From contig CALHLC010000012.1 of assembly GCA_938034385.1 (NCBI GenBank), positions 87,575-151,574 of the forward strand: DNA of 64,000 bases, read 5' to 3'. The DNA is from an uncultured Bacteriovoracaceae bacterium. Its GTDB lineage: Bacteria > Bdellovibrionota > Bacteriovoracia > Bacteriovoracales > Bacteriovoracaceae. A model generated the notes under the pieces. It searched no databases and was not told the origin of the DNA. It saw only the letters and a list, made by a program, of their open reading frames with translations. The position numbers were made by a program, and so were the translations under genes. Of this stretch, positions 42,386-51,307 are shown piece after piece (the stretch's first letter is position 1; each line of letters begins with the position of its first letter).

Positions 42386-43310
42386 CCATTTTCTCCTTCG
42401 GAGGGACTATTCCTCCTGTGTATGAAATCTGTCTTCTTGCTTCACGCTTTTTATGAATATGCTCTCTAGTTTTATTAAAAGCATATTTAGGTGGTTCAAA
42501 TGCTGCTCTTTTTGCATAGTGAGTGGACTTCTTTGCTGCACTCCCGCTTAATCTTCTTGCTTGAGATTTAATCACGTTGGCTATTGGGTAGGTCGTTGCC
42601 ATGGCAAGGCCAGTGGTAAAACTCCCTAGAGCATTTCCAAAAAGTGAATTAGCAAAAAGTGGAATAAAGAGCATTGAAACACCAACGCAAAGATTGATGA
42701 CAATGGTTGTGATGATGTTATCATCACCAAAGTTTAGATCATCGACTTCAATAAACTTAATCAGCAGTACTCCAAGAAGTGAAAATAGTACCTTCCAACT
42801 CATGACTTTTATGAGGTTGGAAAATAGGTTTCTTGTCACTCCCATGGTTTCTCTAAAAATAACCATTAAAATCATTAAGGGGCTTAAAACAAAAAGTATC
42901 GCCCAAATAAAATGAATAATAGCATTGGTGAAAAAGAAACCGATGTAGCTAATCAAATAGGCGAGCATATTTAATATAAATATGATTCCTGATTTGAGAT
43001 TAAGCCAATCAAAGTTTAGATCCATTGTTTTTGTTTTCAGATCTTCAAGAACTTTCCATACATCAGTATCTCCAATAATCCTTTCACTTAATCCATCCCC
43101 GATTGATGCGATGGCATCAAAGACAAAAGGAAAGATTAAAAGTAAAATGACTGAGATGACTGATCGTTGCAGAACTCCTTTCACATCTGGCATTTGTTTT
43201 AAGGTTTCTATGCCACAGGCAGTAACGACTAAAAGGGGGAAGAGTATCCAGTAGATACTCACCATCTCTAATCGTAGTGAGCGGCATATTTCTGGAAGAT
43301 AAGAGTACAT
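42360..43310 (-). CDS. VirB6/TrbL-like polytopic T4SS membrane protein
   Basis: Multiple TM helices and a basic C-terminal tail, supported by gene order. Confidence 0.5.
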   Translation of the reverse strand: MYSYLPEICRSLRLEMVSIYWILFPLLVVTACGIETLKQMPDVKGVLQRSVISVILLLIFPFVFDAIASIGDGLSERIIGDTDVWKVLEDLKTKTMDLNFDWLNLKSGIIFILNMLAYLISYIGFFFTNAIIHFIWAILFVLSPLMILMVIFRETMGVTRNLFSNLIKVMSWKVLFSLLGVLLIKFIEVDDLNFGDDNIITTIVINLCVGVSMLFIPLFANSLFGNALGSFTTGLAMATTYPIANVIKSQARRLSGSAAKKSTHYAKRAAFEPPKYAFNKTREHIHKKREARRQISYTGGIVPPKEKMDEKKKSTT

Positions 43311-43855
43311 TACTCAAACCTCGGCATTTTAAAGTCTTCTTTACTCATGACCTTAACTCCTTTTTTGAAATCTCCTCCAATTTTTCTTAAATAGTTCACG
43401 TGTTCTTTTTCACCTTTGTTATTGGTGGCAAGAACTTCAGCTTGAACTTTAAGCATTTGTCCATTTATCTTAATAAGCTGATTGAGACTATGAAGAATGG
43501 CAGAGTTGACCTCAACGTTCATTTTGGCCGCACCTTTTGGAGATGCTGCCTGTGCTCTTTTGGATAGTCTTTTTGCATTTAACTCTTGAGTCTTTGTGTA
43601 ATTGAGAGCTTGTGAAATCATCTTAATGGACTCGCTGACCGTTCGGTCGTGAAGTCTGTGAATAAGCTCTTCTTTTGACTTTGGAACCACTCCATAAAGA
43701 TGTTCGATTCTTCTAAGAGCATCACGGTAACGAGTGAGATCTCCTAGAATTTTTTCATCTTTAATAGGCATTTCAATTAAAACTCCCAAAACTCCATCAA
43801 GACCAGCATTAACCTTTCTTAAAAGATTATGAGAACCTCTCACATCTCTAAGCAT
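43310..43855 (-). CDS. coiled-coil protein in VirB5 position (start uncertain, see findings)
   Basis: ORF from the ATG at 43855. The in-frame upstream extension encodes a signal-peptide-like segment but has no canonical start. Confidence 0.3.
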   Translation of the reverse strand: MLRDVRGSHNLLRKVNAGLDGVLGVLIEMPIKDEKILGDLTRYRDALRRIEHLYGVVPKSKEELIHRLHDRTVSESIKMISQALNYTKTQELNAKRLSKRAQAASPKGAAKMNVEVNSAILHSLNQLIKINGQMLKVQAEVLATNNKGEKEHVNYLRKIGGDFKKGVKVMSKEDFKMPRFE

Positions 43856-43983
43856 GGTTTTAAGCTGGTAATACCTTCTTAAGTTTTCTTGGAAAATTTT
43901 AATTAAATAAAGAACCTGTGTTGGTCCAGTAGGGTCAATGAAAGAATAAGAGTTAATTGATAGAAAAAGACTTAATACTATTA

Positions 43984-45087
43984 CTAAGCAGCGTCTTTTA
44001 AAGTTAACCTCCTTTTGGCTATTTCAAAATAATCTTCTCTTTTTTCTATTCCAATAAATCGTCGATCATTAAATAAACTTGCAAGTCCTGTGGTTCCTGA
44101 ACCCATAAATGGATCAAGAACGATTCCTCCTTTAGGAGTGAAAAGCTTAATTAAATGCTCAAAGAGCTTTATTGGTTTTACAGTTGGATGAGTGTTAAAC
44201 TCATCTTTTTTTGCTTTCTTGCAGTAAATAACTTGAGAGTTGTCCATTGAAGTTCGACTAAGTGATTCAAAGTATTCTCCACCTGATCTTAAGCATCTTT
44301 TTACAGTTTCACTGCCATCTGTGATGAAGTTTGCAGGATACCCTTTTTTCTTCACATCATTAATATTATAAGCACCAAGCTTATATTTAAGCATGTTGTG
44401 AATATAAGACTTTTCACAAGGTTTTTGACCAATGAAGATTGGCTCAATGGCCGGTTTTAATGTTTGAAGTCCGTAGTAGAAACTTTCAAATTTCTCTGTA
44501 GCAATGTCCTCATTGAACTTAACACTTTCGCCCATCTTCTCTATAACTTCAGAGTGACTGAGTTTTAAGTCAAGAATAAATTGAAGTCTTTTCCAAACTT
44601 TCTCACTTGGAAATTGTGGTTGAGATTTTCCAAGATAATGAGAAAACATTCCCTTGATTTCAAGCATCCGCTCAACTCTTGAAGCAGAAAGGTTCTTTCT
44701 ATCAAGTGCAGTTCTTAAATACTTTCTAAATTTATCAGTCGGAACACTTCTTGATTCATGCTTTTTTATTGCTGCTCCAAGGTTCATTCCTTTAGGCATT
44801 CCACTAGCGTAGGCCCAAACCATCATTTGATGGCTGATAAAACCAGATTTCTCAATCTGTGTGGCCATACGGTGATAAAGTCTTGAGCCACTTGTTGCTA
44901 CGATAAATCCTCCAGGTTTTAAGACTCGAAAGCATTGGCTCCAAATTTGATTTGAAGGAAGTGCCTTATCCCATTCTTCTCCATTTATTCCTATCCCGTA
45001 GGGTGGATCACAGATGATCGCATCAATAGATCTTTCTTTTAATTTTCTTAACTCAAAAACTGAGTTTCCGTTAATTAGACTAAGCAT
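43984..45087 (-). CDS. beta-class N6-adenine/N4-cytosine DNA methyltransferase (orphan)
   Basis: DPPY motif (ICDPPYGIG) near the N-terminus and an AdoMet motif LDPFMGSGTTGLAS near the C-terminus. No adjacent restriction endonuclease. Confidence 0.85.
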   Translation of the reverse strand: MLSLINGNSVFELRKLKERSIDAIICDPPYGIGINGEEWDKALPSNQIWSQCFRVLKPGGFIVATSGSRLYHRMATQIEKSGFISHQMMVWAYASGMPKGMNLGAAIKKHESRSVPTDKFRKYLRTALDRKNLSASRVERMLEIKGMFSHYLGKSQPQFPSEKVWKRLQFILDLKLSHSEVIEKMGESVKFNEDIATEKFESFYYGLQTLKPAIEPIFIGQKPCEKSYIHNMLKYKLGAYNINDVKKKGYPANFITDGSETVKRCLRSGGEYFESLSRTSMDNSQVIYCKKAKKDEFNTHPTVKPIKLFEHLIKLFTPKGGIVLDPFMGSGTTGLASLFNDRRFIGIEKREDYFEIAKRRLTLKDAA

Positions 45088-45090
45088 TAT

Positions 45091-47469
45091 TTATTCTCCT
45101 TTTGATATGATTTTTAAAATTTCGATTATTGACTTGTCTGGGTATTTTTCTTTAAATTCATCAATCTGTTTTTGATCAGCTGGATCAGTGGTGCAAATCC
45201 AGTAACTAAGTGGACTTGGTTCTAATCTTAAGACCGTTTTATTTTCTTCTTGAATGAAAAGTAGCTCTGAAAATTTACCCTTATCTTTTCTTAGTGACTG
45301 AATGACCTCTAACTCTCGATCATTTAGGCTTAAGGTTTTTTGAAAGTCTTCCCAGTTTGCTCCACTTTGTCTTAAAATAATTCTGTTAGGAGTATTCTGT
45401 AAGATAGCGTTGGCAATCTCTGGACGAGCTTTAAAGTCATTGATATTTTGAGAAATGGCCCAAATCCCAGCACGAAACTTCCGAAAAGTTCTAAAGGCCT
45501 CAATCGCAAAATTTGCTCCGCACGGCGTATCGAATAATTTCCAAGCTTCATCAACAATTAACAAACTTCTTTTTGTTCGATCTTCCATCATTTTATTTCT
45601 GATAAAATCAGTGAAGATAAGAAGCATGACATTTTGAAGTTCTGGATAACTATCAAGTCCCTTAAGCTCAATGGTGGTTAAGTCCTTATCCAGTGAAATT
45701 GTCGTTTCACCATCAAGCATTCTTCCAAAAGCGGTATTCCCACACCAAGAGTAGAGGATACTTGAAAAGTCTTTGACTCGATGATCCCCTAAGTTTTCAA
45801 GCTCAGATCTAAAATCACTCAAAGTAGGTATCTTTGGAGCTTTCTTTCTATAAGTTTCAAAAATAACCCTTTCAAGTAAGGCTTTTTGAAGTTTGGGAAG
45901 TCCAAGAGAATCATCTTCTTTAAAAATACTTTCAAGTACAGCCAGAATGAACTTTACTTTTGATGGGCTTGGTTTTGTATCTCCATTTGGCAGATCAAAT
46001 AGATTAACTCTTATCCCTGAATCAACTCCAAGATCAATAAATGACCCACTAAGAACTTCAAGCAGTCTCTTTGAAGATGCACCATTATCAATCCAGACAA
46101 TTTGGGGTCTTTCAGTTTGTCCGTAGTATTGAAGGATAATTTGATTGAGCCCGAAGCTTTTTCCACTTCCTGATGAACCAATGACAATACCGTTCCAGGA
46201 ACTAAGAGAATTATCAAAGATGTCTAATCCTACTAAGTTTGATTCTCTATTAGTATAAAGACAAATAGGATCAGGGTTTCCTTGCCAGCTACTTAGGATC
46301 GGTAAGAGGTGAGATAGGTTTGAGCTTTTAAGCTTCTTTTCTCTAAAAGAGATACATCTCCCAGGAAGGTTAGCGATAAAGCTATCCATATTAGTAAGGG
46401 TTTCTCTTACTCCTTGACTCATTTCAAGATCATTAAAGGCCTTTAGGACTAAGTCGACTTTTGTTTCAAGCTCTTCCTCATTTTCTGCTATGATCATGAC
46501 ATTAAAGTCAAAACTCATCAATTTTTCAGCTCCAACTAAATCTCTAAGAAGTGATTCCATATCATCAAGTTTTGCCTCTTGATCGATGTCGGAGATGTTG
46601 TATTCATTTGAAGAAAATGAGTGGGTGACTTTTCTTTTAAGCTTTAGTCCTTCTATCTCTTTTTTCTGAATACCAAGCTTAAAGTTTTGAACGACCTCAA
46701 AGTCAATTGGGAGATTTAGAAACTGATTAATCATCGAAGCATATGTATGAGTATCGGGAAGATCTTTTAAGTTGATGAAGCATACTTTTATGCCATCGAG
46801 GTCAAGATAGTTCTTTCCTACGATCAAATCAGAAAGAGTAAGCGAGTTTGAAAAATTTCCTTTTTTAGGTAAATCTAAAAAATCACTCCTACTTGGATTG
46901 AGGTATTCATAAACCAGTTTTCTCCAGTCACTTTTCTTAAGCTTTTTAGGGTAGAGTTTACAGCTGACAAGGCTTGATTCAATTGCTTCAATGGATCTCT
47001 TAAATTTATCCTTATGAGCTCTAAATTTCTTTTCTTCAATCTCTTGGAATCTTCTAGTTTTTTCAAAGAATTTCTTTTTCTTTAAATCAGGTGTATTTGA
47101 CCTAAAGAAGAGGTAGATTTGAGTATTAAAGAAAACTCCATTTTTTAACCTTAAGTTGAGATAATCTTCTCGATCCTTAACAATGTCTTTGTAGGTTTCT
47201 CCACTATTTCGACCAATATCAAGATGACTTTCAATTTTATTTTCGCAGTCAGTAGACTTTTTGAATCGAACTTGAGCTTTAATATGATCAGGCAGTGAAT
47301 TTAAAAGGACATGTAGATTTTTATAAAAACTGTTTAGACTTTCATCATCTTTTAGTGAGAGATCAATGCCTTGAAGTTCATACCCAATGCCAAGAGAGAG
47401 GTCATCAAAGACCATCAAATCATCATTGATCATCCAGTAAGGTAGTTTATTTGCTAGAGCGTTTTGCAT
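45091..47469 (-). CDS. VirB4/TrbE-family T4SS ATPase
   Basis: 792 aa with Walker A GSSGSGKSF and Walker B LLIVDEAWKLF. Confidence 0.9.
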   Translation of the reverse strand: MQNALANKLPYWMINDDLMVFDDLSLGIGYELQGIDLSLKDDESLNSFYKNLHVLLNSLPDHIKAQVRFKKSTDCENKIESHLDIGRNSGETYKDIVKDREDYLNLRLKNGVFFNTQIYLFFRSNTPDLKKKKFFEKTRRFQEIEEKKFRAHKDKFKRSIEAIESSLVSCKLYPKKLKKSDWRKLVYEYLNPSRSDFLDLPKKGNFSNSLTLSDLIVGKNYLDLDGIKVCFINLKDLPDTHTYASMINQFLNLPIDFEVVQNFKLGIQKKEIEGLKLKRKVTHSFSSNEYNISDIDQEAKLDDMESLLRDLVGAEKLMSFDFNVMIIAENEEELETKVDLVLKAFNDLEMSQGVRETLTNMDSFIANLPGRCISFREKKLKSSNLSHLLPILSSWQGNPDPICLYTNRESNLVGLDIFDNSLSSWNGIVIGSSGSGKSFGLNQIILQYYGQTERPQIVWIDNGASSKRLLEVLSGSFIDLGVDSGIRVNLFDLPNGDTKPSPSKVKFILAVLESIFKEDDSLGLPKLQKALLERVIFETYRKKAPKIPTLSDFRSELENLGDHRVKDFSSILYSWCGNTAFGRMLDGETTISLDKDLTTIELKGLDSYPELQNVMLLIFTDFIRNKMMEDRTKRSLLIVDEAWKLFDTPCGANFAIEAFRTFRKFRAGIWAISQNINDFKARPEIANAILQNTPNRIILRQSGANWEDFQKTLSLNDRELEVIQSLRKDKGKFSELLFIQEENKTVLRLEPSPLSYWICTTDPADQKQIDEFKEKYPDKSIIEILKIISKGE

Positions 47470-47764
47470 AAAAGCTACTCCTTATTGTTACTTTCTCAGC
47501 AGCACTGTAATGTCCTGGAGTCAGGTAGAATCTAAAAAGATCAAAAAGGTACCCTTTAGGCTTTCCTTTCTTTCCAAAATAGAGTCCCATCGACAAAATT
47601 CCAGGAATTCCAAAAACAATGAACTCAGTAAAAGGGAGTCCACTGAATAAGAAATTTAAAACCATGCTGACTAAGAGGATAAAGAGAAGATCTTGGGCAT
47701 CAAGCCCAAAGATCTTCACGTCAGTATCCAAGTTTTTGTGTACGGTTGATGTTTCTAAACTCAT
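47447..47764 (-). CDS. VirB3/TrbD-like protein
   Basis: Small two-TM protein. The ATG at 47764 overlaps the upstream stop (ATGA), and its stop overlaps the VirB4 start. Confidence 0.5.
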   Translation of the reverse strand: MSLETSTVHKNLDTDVKIFGLDAQDLLFILLVSMVLNFLFSGLPFTEFIVFGIPGILSMGLYFGKKGKPKGYLFDLFRFYLTPGHYSAAEKVTIRSSFYAKRSSK

Positions 47765-48066
47765 GCTGCAAACGACTTTAGCCAGTTGATAATGTAGGGA
47801 GCGAGAAATCCAACCACTGAACAAGCAATGATCGTTGTGATTTTTCCCTTGGCCTCTGGTGATCCATTCATCGCGAGAGCTGAAGCGTAGAAAAGACCAA
47901 TAATTGAAAGAAGTGGAAGAATTTGAGTGATCAAGGCATTTGATAATCCTGAGACCTTGGATTCAAAACTTCCCCCGACATATTGAGCACTTGCTTCAGG
48001 GATAGTGAAAATACACAAAACGATAATTGTAATACTTACGATTGAAATTAATTTATTTATTTTCAT
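47761..48066 (-). CDS. VirB2/TrbC-like pilin
   Basis: 101 aa with a long signal peptide ending ..EASA followed by two hydrophobic helices. Confidence 0.55.
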   Translation of the reverse strand: MKINKLISIVSITIIVLCIFTIPEASAQYVGGSFESKVSGLSNALITQILPLLSIIGLFYASALAMNGSPEAKGKITTIIACSVVGFLAPYIINWLKSFAA

Positions 48067-48391
48067 TGAAAAACCTCATTGTTAGTTTGTATCCAGAAAA
48101 CGGAGGGATAGTTATTTCCACAAACTTTGATCCCACACATTCACTGACTTTAAATTTTTTAACGACTCCACCATTTGAGTTGGTGATGACTTTTTCTAAC
48201 TCAAAATAGGTTTGGCTATTTTGAGCTGCTTTGGGGGTTAAGTAATAAATCTCTTTACTTGAAAAGGTACTGACCTTCAGGCGGTAAGTTCCTTTTTCTG
48301 GGTTAAAGAAAGCGACACCTGCGAAGGTATGCTCTTTAGTTTTTAAGCATTTCCAAAAAACTGGGATTGCATCTGGTTTGTATTCATTCAT
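48053..48391 (-). CDS. hypothetical protein
   Basis: 112-aa ORF in the operon with no motif. Confidence 0.3.
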   Translation of the reverse strand: MNEYKPDAIPVFWKCLKTKEHTFAGVAFFNPEKGTYRLKVSTFSSKEIYYLTPKAAQNSQTYFELEKVITNSNGGVVKKFKVSECVGSKFVEITIPPFSGYKLTMRFFNENK

Positions 48392-48403
48392 AATCTTTCT
48401 CCT

Positions 48404-48799
48404 TTAAAGTTGAAGCATTCTTGCTTTTAAGTTTTCTTTCCACTTAGAAAAACTGCTTGAGTACATTTTTTGAAGATTCGTCATCCCATCTTCTAGGTAC
48501 TCTTTAATTTTTTGTTCATTTAGATTTAAGAGTTTTGCAATGTCTTGAGTGTTAAAGTCTCTCCAGTATCTTAGATATAAGACGAGAAATTCTTCTTGGT
48601 TAAGATCGAACATCATCTCTTGGATGAACTCCCTTTGCTCCAAGCTGAAATTTGCGATGGATTGAGCTTCAGGTGCACTTTGTTTTTTTGCGATTTCTCT
48701 TTCTTTTCTCTGCTTAAGCTTTTTGGCTTCAATTAGGTCAATAGTGTAATTTAATGCACTTGCCATAATTAACCTCAAAGCCCTTTTTGGTTTAAACAT
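48404..48799 (-). CDS. small sigma-70 region-4-like HTH protein
   Basis: LVLYLRYWRDFNTQDIAKLLNLNEQKIKEYLEDGMTNL resembles a sigma70 r4 HTH. At 131 aa it is too short for a full sigma factor. Confidence 0.4.
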   Translation of the reverse strand: MFKPKRALRLIMASALNYTIDLIEAKKLKQRKEREIAKKQSAPEAQSIANFSLEQREFIQEMMFDLNQEEFLVLYLRYWRDFNTQDIAKLLNLNEQKIKEYLEDGMTNLQKMYSSSFSKWKENLKARMLQL

Positions 48800-48978
48800 T
48801 CAATCGCGAGGGACAGATGTTTCTCATAATCGGTGATAAGCTTCTGTACTTGCCGATCTCCTGCTAAAACACTAACTGGAAGGTGAGCACACCAAGTTCT
48901 GAAGCGATCCCTTAAGGTCGTAAGGTTCTCGGCCGTCATTTCCAATTTTTTAGTTAGCTGTTGGTTGTTTAGATTCAA
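48775..48978 (-). CDS. hypothetical 67-aa protein, first gene of transfer operon
   Basis: TTG start preceded by an AAGGAGG SD. Confidence 0.35.
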   Translation of the reverse strand: MNLNNQQLTKKLEMTAENLTTLRDRFRTWCAHLPVSVLAGDRQVQKLITDYEKHLSLAIECLNQKGL

Positions 48979-48997
48979 AATTCCTCCTTATGATTAT

Positions 48998-49018
48998 GGA
49001 ATTAAAAAATTTAATTCC
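48998..49018. promoter_or_regulatory. operator-like palindrome GGAATTAAA-N3-TTTAATTCC
   Basis: Perfect 9-bp inverted arms, 20 nt upstream of the TTG start at 48978. Confidence 0.4.
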
Positions 49019-49035
49019 TTCATAAAGTGTATTTT

Positions 49036-49075
49036 TGGAAACCTTGGTGGAAACGGTTTACACTGGTTTCCACTC
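49036..49075. repeat. GGAAAC/GTTTCC four-half-site dyad, copy A
   Basis: TGGAAACCTTGGTGGAAACGGTTTACACTGGTTTCCACTC. A second copy is at 54432-54470. Confidence 0.7.
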
Positions 49076-49174
49076 TAGGGAGCGCCAGAAATAAAAAAGA
49101 ACAGAGCTAAGATTAATTTCGAGGAAATACTGATATTTTTAGACCTATTAAAATGACAGGGGAATTTTGGACAC

Positions 49175-49199
49175 AAAAAAGCCCGAAATTTTTTCGGGC
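49175..49199 (-). terminator. rho-independent terminator of 49244..49588 gene
   Basis: Stem GCCCGAAA/TTTCGGGC followed on the minus strand by TTTTTT. Confidence 0.65.
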
Positions 49200-49243
49200 G
49201 ATCATGTTAAATTAATTTGAACGAGATATTAGTGATTTGTGAA

Positions 49244-49588
49244 TTAAACTTCGTCTTTTATAAGGCTAAAGTCATTAACTTCAGTCAATGTACAATCGCT
49301 TTCGACTGTAAAAGTAAATACATGAGTTATAATTGCTCCACTATCTGCAACAGAGTCAACAGATGTTGCAGCACTTTTAAAGTTTCCGTTAGTGATATTA
49401 GTTGAAACACGTGGGTTATATACTTGGGTAGTAGGGACTCCCATCCCATTCTTAATATAATCAGCTGTTACTTGCTCAAGTTGATTGTAGACTTTTTTAG
49501 TATTAGTGCTATTAGGTTTGCAGGCTGAAAAGCCTGAAAGACTTTTTAAAATTAAAGAAATAATAAATAAATTTCTCGCAATTCTCAT
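49244..49588 (-). CDS. hypothetical lipoprotein
   Basis: The ATG at 49588 has a GGGAGGAA SD. Lipobox LSGFSAC. Confidence 0.45.
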   Translation of the reverse strand: MRIARNLFIISLILKSLSGFSACKPNSTNTKKVYNQLEQVTADYIKNGMGVPTTQVYNPRVSTNITNGNFKSAATSVDSVADSGAIITHVFTFTVESDCTLTEVNDFSLIKDEV

Positions 49589-49919
49589 GATTTTCCTCCC
49601 TCGTTGATTACCACGAGGTATTAATAGCACAAGATAAAGCGTAATTCACGAGAAAATGAAAAAAGCTTTCTGTATAGCGTAGTTTTTATACTAATATATC
49701 GCTGGGGCCTTTTGCCCTAAAACTGCTTAAATTTGATGGATTTACGAAATTTCAACCACTTGTGCGATCGCTCGGACTTTCTGTACATCCAAGTGCCCTA
49801 GAAAAATTTGATTAAATGCCATTCCCCAGCTTGGGTTTCTTAACGCAACCTTAACTTGAAGAAGACTATTGATATGCTAAAAAACTTTTAAGAATTTTTG
49901 TTTTATATAAAGGGGCAAC

Positions 49920-50237
49920 ATGAAAAAAATCATTATTTTAATTCTACTTACTAGTTCAATTTCATTATTAGCAAATGCTATAAAAATCACTAAAAAAGCA
50001 ACTAGTGTTCAAGTAATTGAAGTCGAGACAAAGACAACTTGCAAGGAAATAGATACCTTCATTGATGATATTGATTTTGACTGCAATATAGCACAACTTA
50101 AAAAAAGTATTTCTACAAAAATTGGAAATATTATCAAAATTGAAGGAATGGATAAGAATTCTAATTATGTTTTAAGTAATAGTGTTGATGATGTGGGTAC
50201 TTATAATATTAAGGTTAGGATTTTATACTATAAATAA
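49920..50237 (+). CDS. small secreted protein
   Basis: Signal peptide MKKIIILILLTSSISLLANA. Confidence 0.4.
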   Translation: MKKIIILILLTSSISLLANAIKITKKATSVQVIEVETKTTCKEIDTFIDDIDFDCNIAQLKKSISTKIGNIIKIEGMDKNSNYVLSNSVDDVGTYNIKVRILYYK

Positions 50238-50280
50238 TAACTGAACGATAATCACTCGATTTCTGAATAATTAAATATTT

Positions 50281-50313
50281 CAAGAACCACTGACTAAATA
50301 GCAGTGGTTCTTG
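50281..50313. terminator. hairpin between convergent genes
   Basis: Perfect 12-bp stem CAAGAACCACTG/CAGTGGTTCTTG with a 9-nt loop. The T tract is weak. Confidence 0.5.
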
Positions 50314-50359
50314 TGTTATAAAAAGTTTGGTTCACAATACACCTCTTTGAAATTCATTT

Positions 50360-51165
50360 TTAAGTGATTATTTCAATCATGCGATTTTCTTGACCATTAT
50401 CTCCGGAATATTCAACAACTTTAGCTTGATTTGTTTGTGGGATAGGTGGTGGCTCAATTTTAAGTGATTTTTCTTGTTCTTTCTTTTCTCTTGAGATTTT
50501 TTTCTGAATTTTAAAAGGGTCATCAAGAAAATATTCTCTTACAGTATCAATTTTTATACTGTTTGCTTTCGTCATCGGAATTCCTTCTGCTTTTGCCATC
50601 TCTTTTTTCATTTCCAAAATTTCTTTTGAGATACTTCCAGTAGAAGTATTGGCAATCCTTGCACTTTCCCGGGAACTAATTCCTTTTATAAAAAGTTGCC
50701 TTATGAGTGTACTTGGACGAGTCTTTTTCCTTCCTAAAACACGACCTTCAGCTTTTACTCTTGCAAGGCCGGCAATTACTCGCTCTCTTATTAAATCGCG
50801 TTCTAACTGCGATAAAGCCCCAACTACAGCAACAAGAGCTTGCCCGATTGCTGTGTTTGTATCAATCTGCTCAGATAAGCTAACAAGAGAGCACTTATTT
50901 GACCTCATTGTTTCAAGGCATCTGAGGAGATGGGAACAAGATCTTGAAATTCTAGAAAAAGAGAATGTGGTTACTTGAATTATTCTCCCGTTCCTTATTT
51001 CGTCCATCATTTGATCTAGTGCTGGCCTCGAATCTTTTGCTCCGGATATTGCTGTATCTTTGAAAACTTTGTAGTTACTAATTTCGTTGTCACGATAATA
51101 TTTTTCAATAGACCTAATCTGACTTTCCATACCCCCTTGCTGAAAATTAGTACTCACTCTTACGT
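50360..51165 (-). pseudogene. resolvase/invertase-type serine recombinase, 5' end severed by RIT insertion
   Basis: The body has resolvase blocks (..SGAKDSRPALDQMM.., SRISRS, ALSQLERDLIRERV) and a C-terminal HTH. The frame reads stop-AQHNVRVSTNFQQ, so the first beta-strand and the start codon are missing here. They are found at 54343-54364. Confidence 0.8.
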
Positions 51166-51183
51166 TATGTTGAGCTCAACATA

Positions 51184-51215
51184 ACGTCAGTTATGTGAAG
51201 TCGTTGGATATGTTG
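51184..51215. repeat. RIT left terminal inverted repeat
   Basis: acgtcaGTTATGTGAAGTCGttggatatgttg matches the reverse complement of 54311-54342 at 29 of 32 positions. Confidence 0.8.
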
Positions 51216-51307
51216 TCAATATGTAAATAATGGACGAATTTTTTGCTGGCTCTCCATTTTAACTAAAAATCGCTCTACATATCATTTACTTAAGAAAGGA
51301 GTAAGTG

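Larger units (their letters stand above)
35470..49100. mobile_element. integrative conjugative element-like island (integrase + T4SS); right boundary uncertain, may extend to ~55.0 kb
   Basis: A contiguous minus-strand block holds the integrase, excisionase, DNA-processing genes and VirB2/3/4/6/8/9/10-like genes, followed by a regulatory head. No matching attR was found by eye. Confidence 0.6.
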
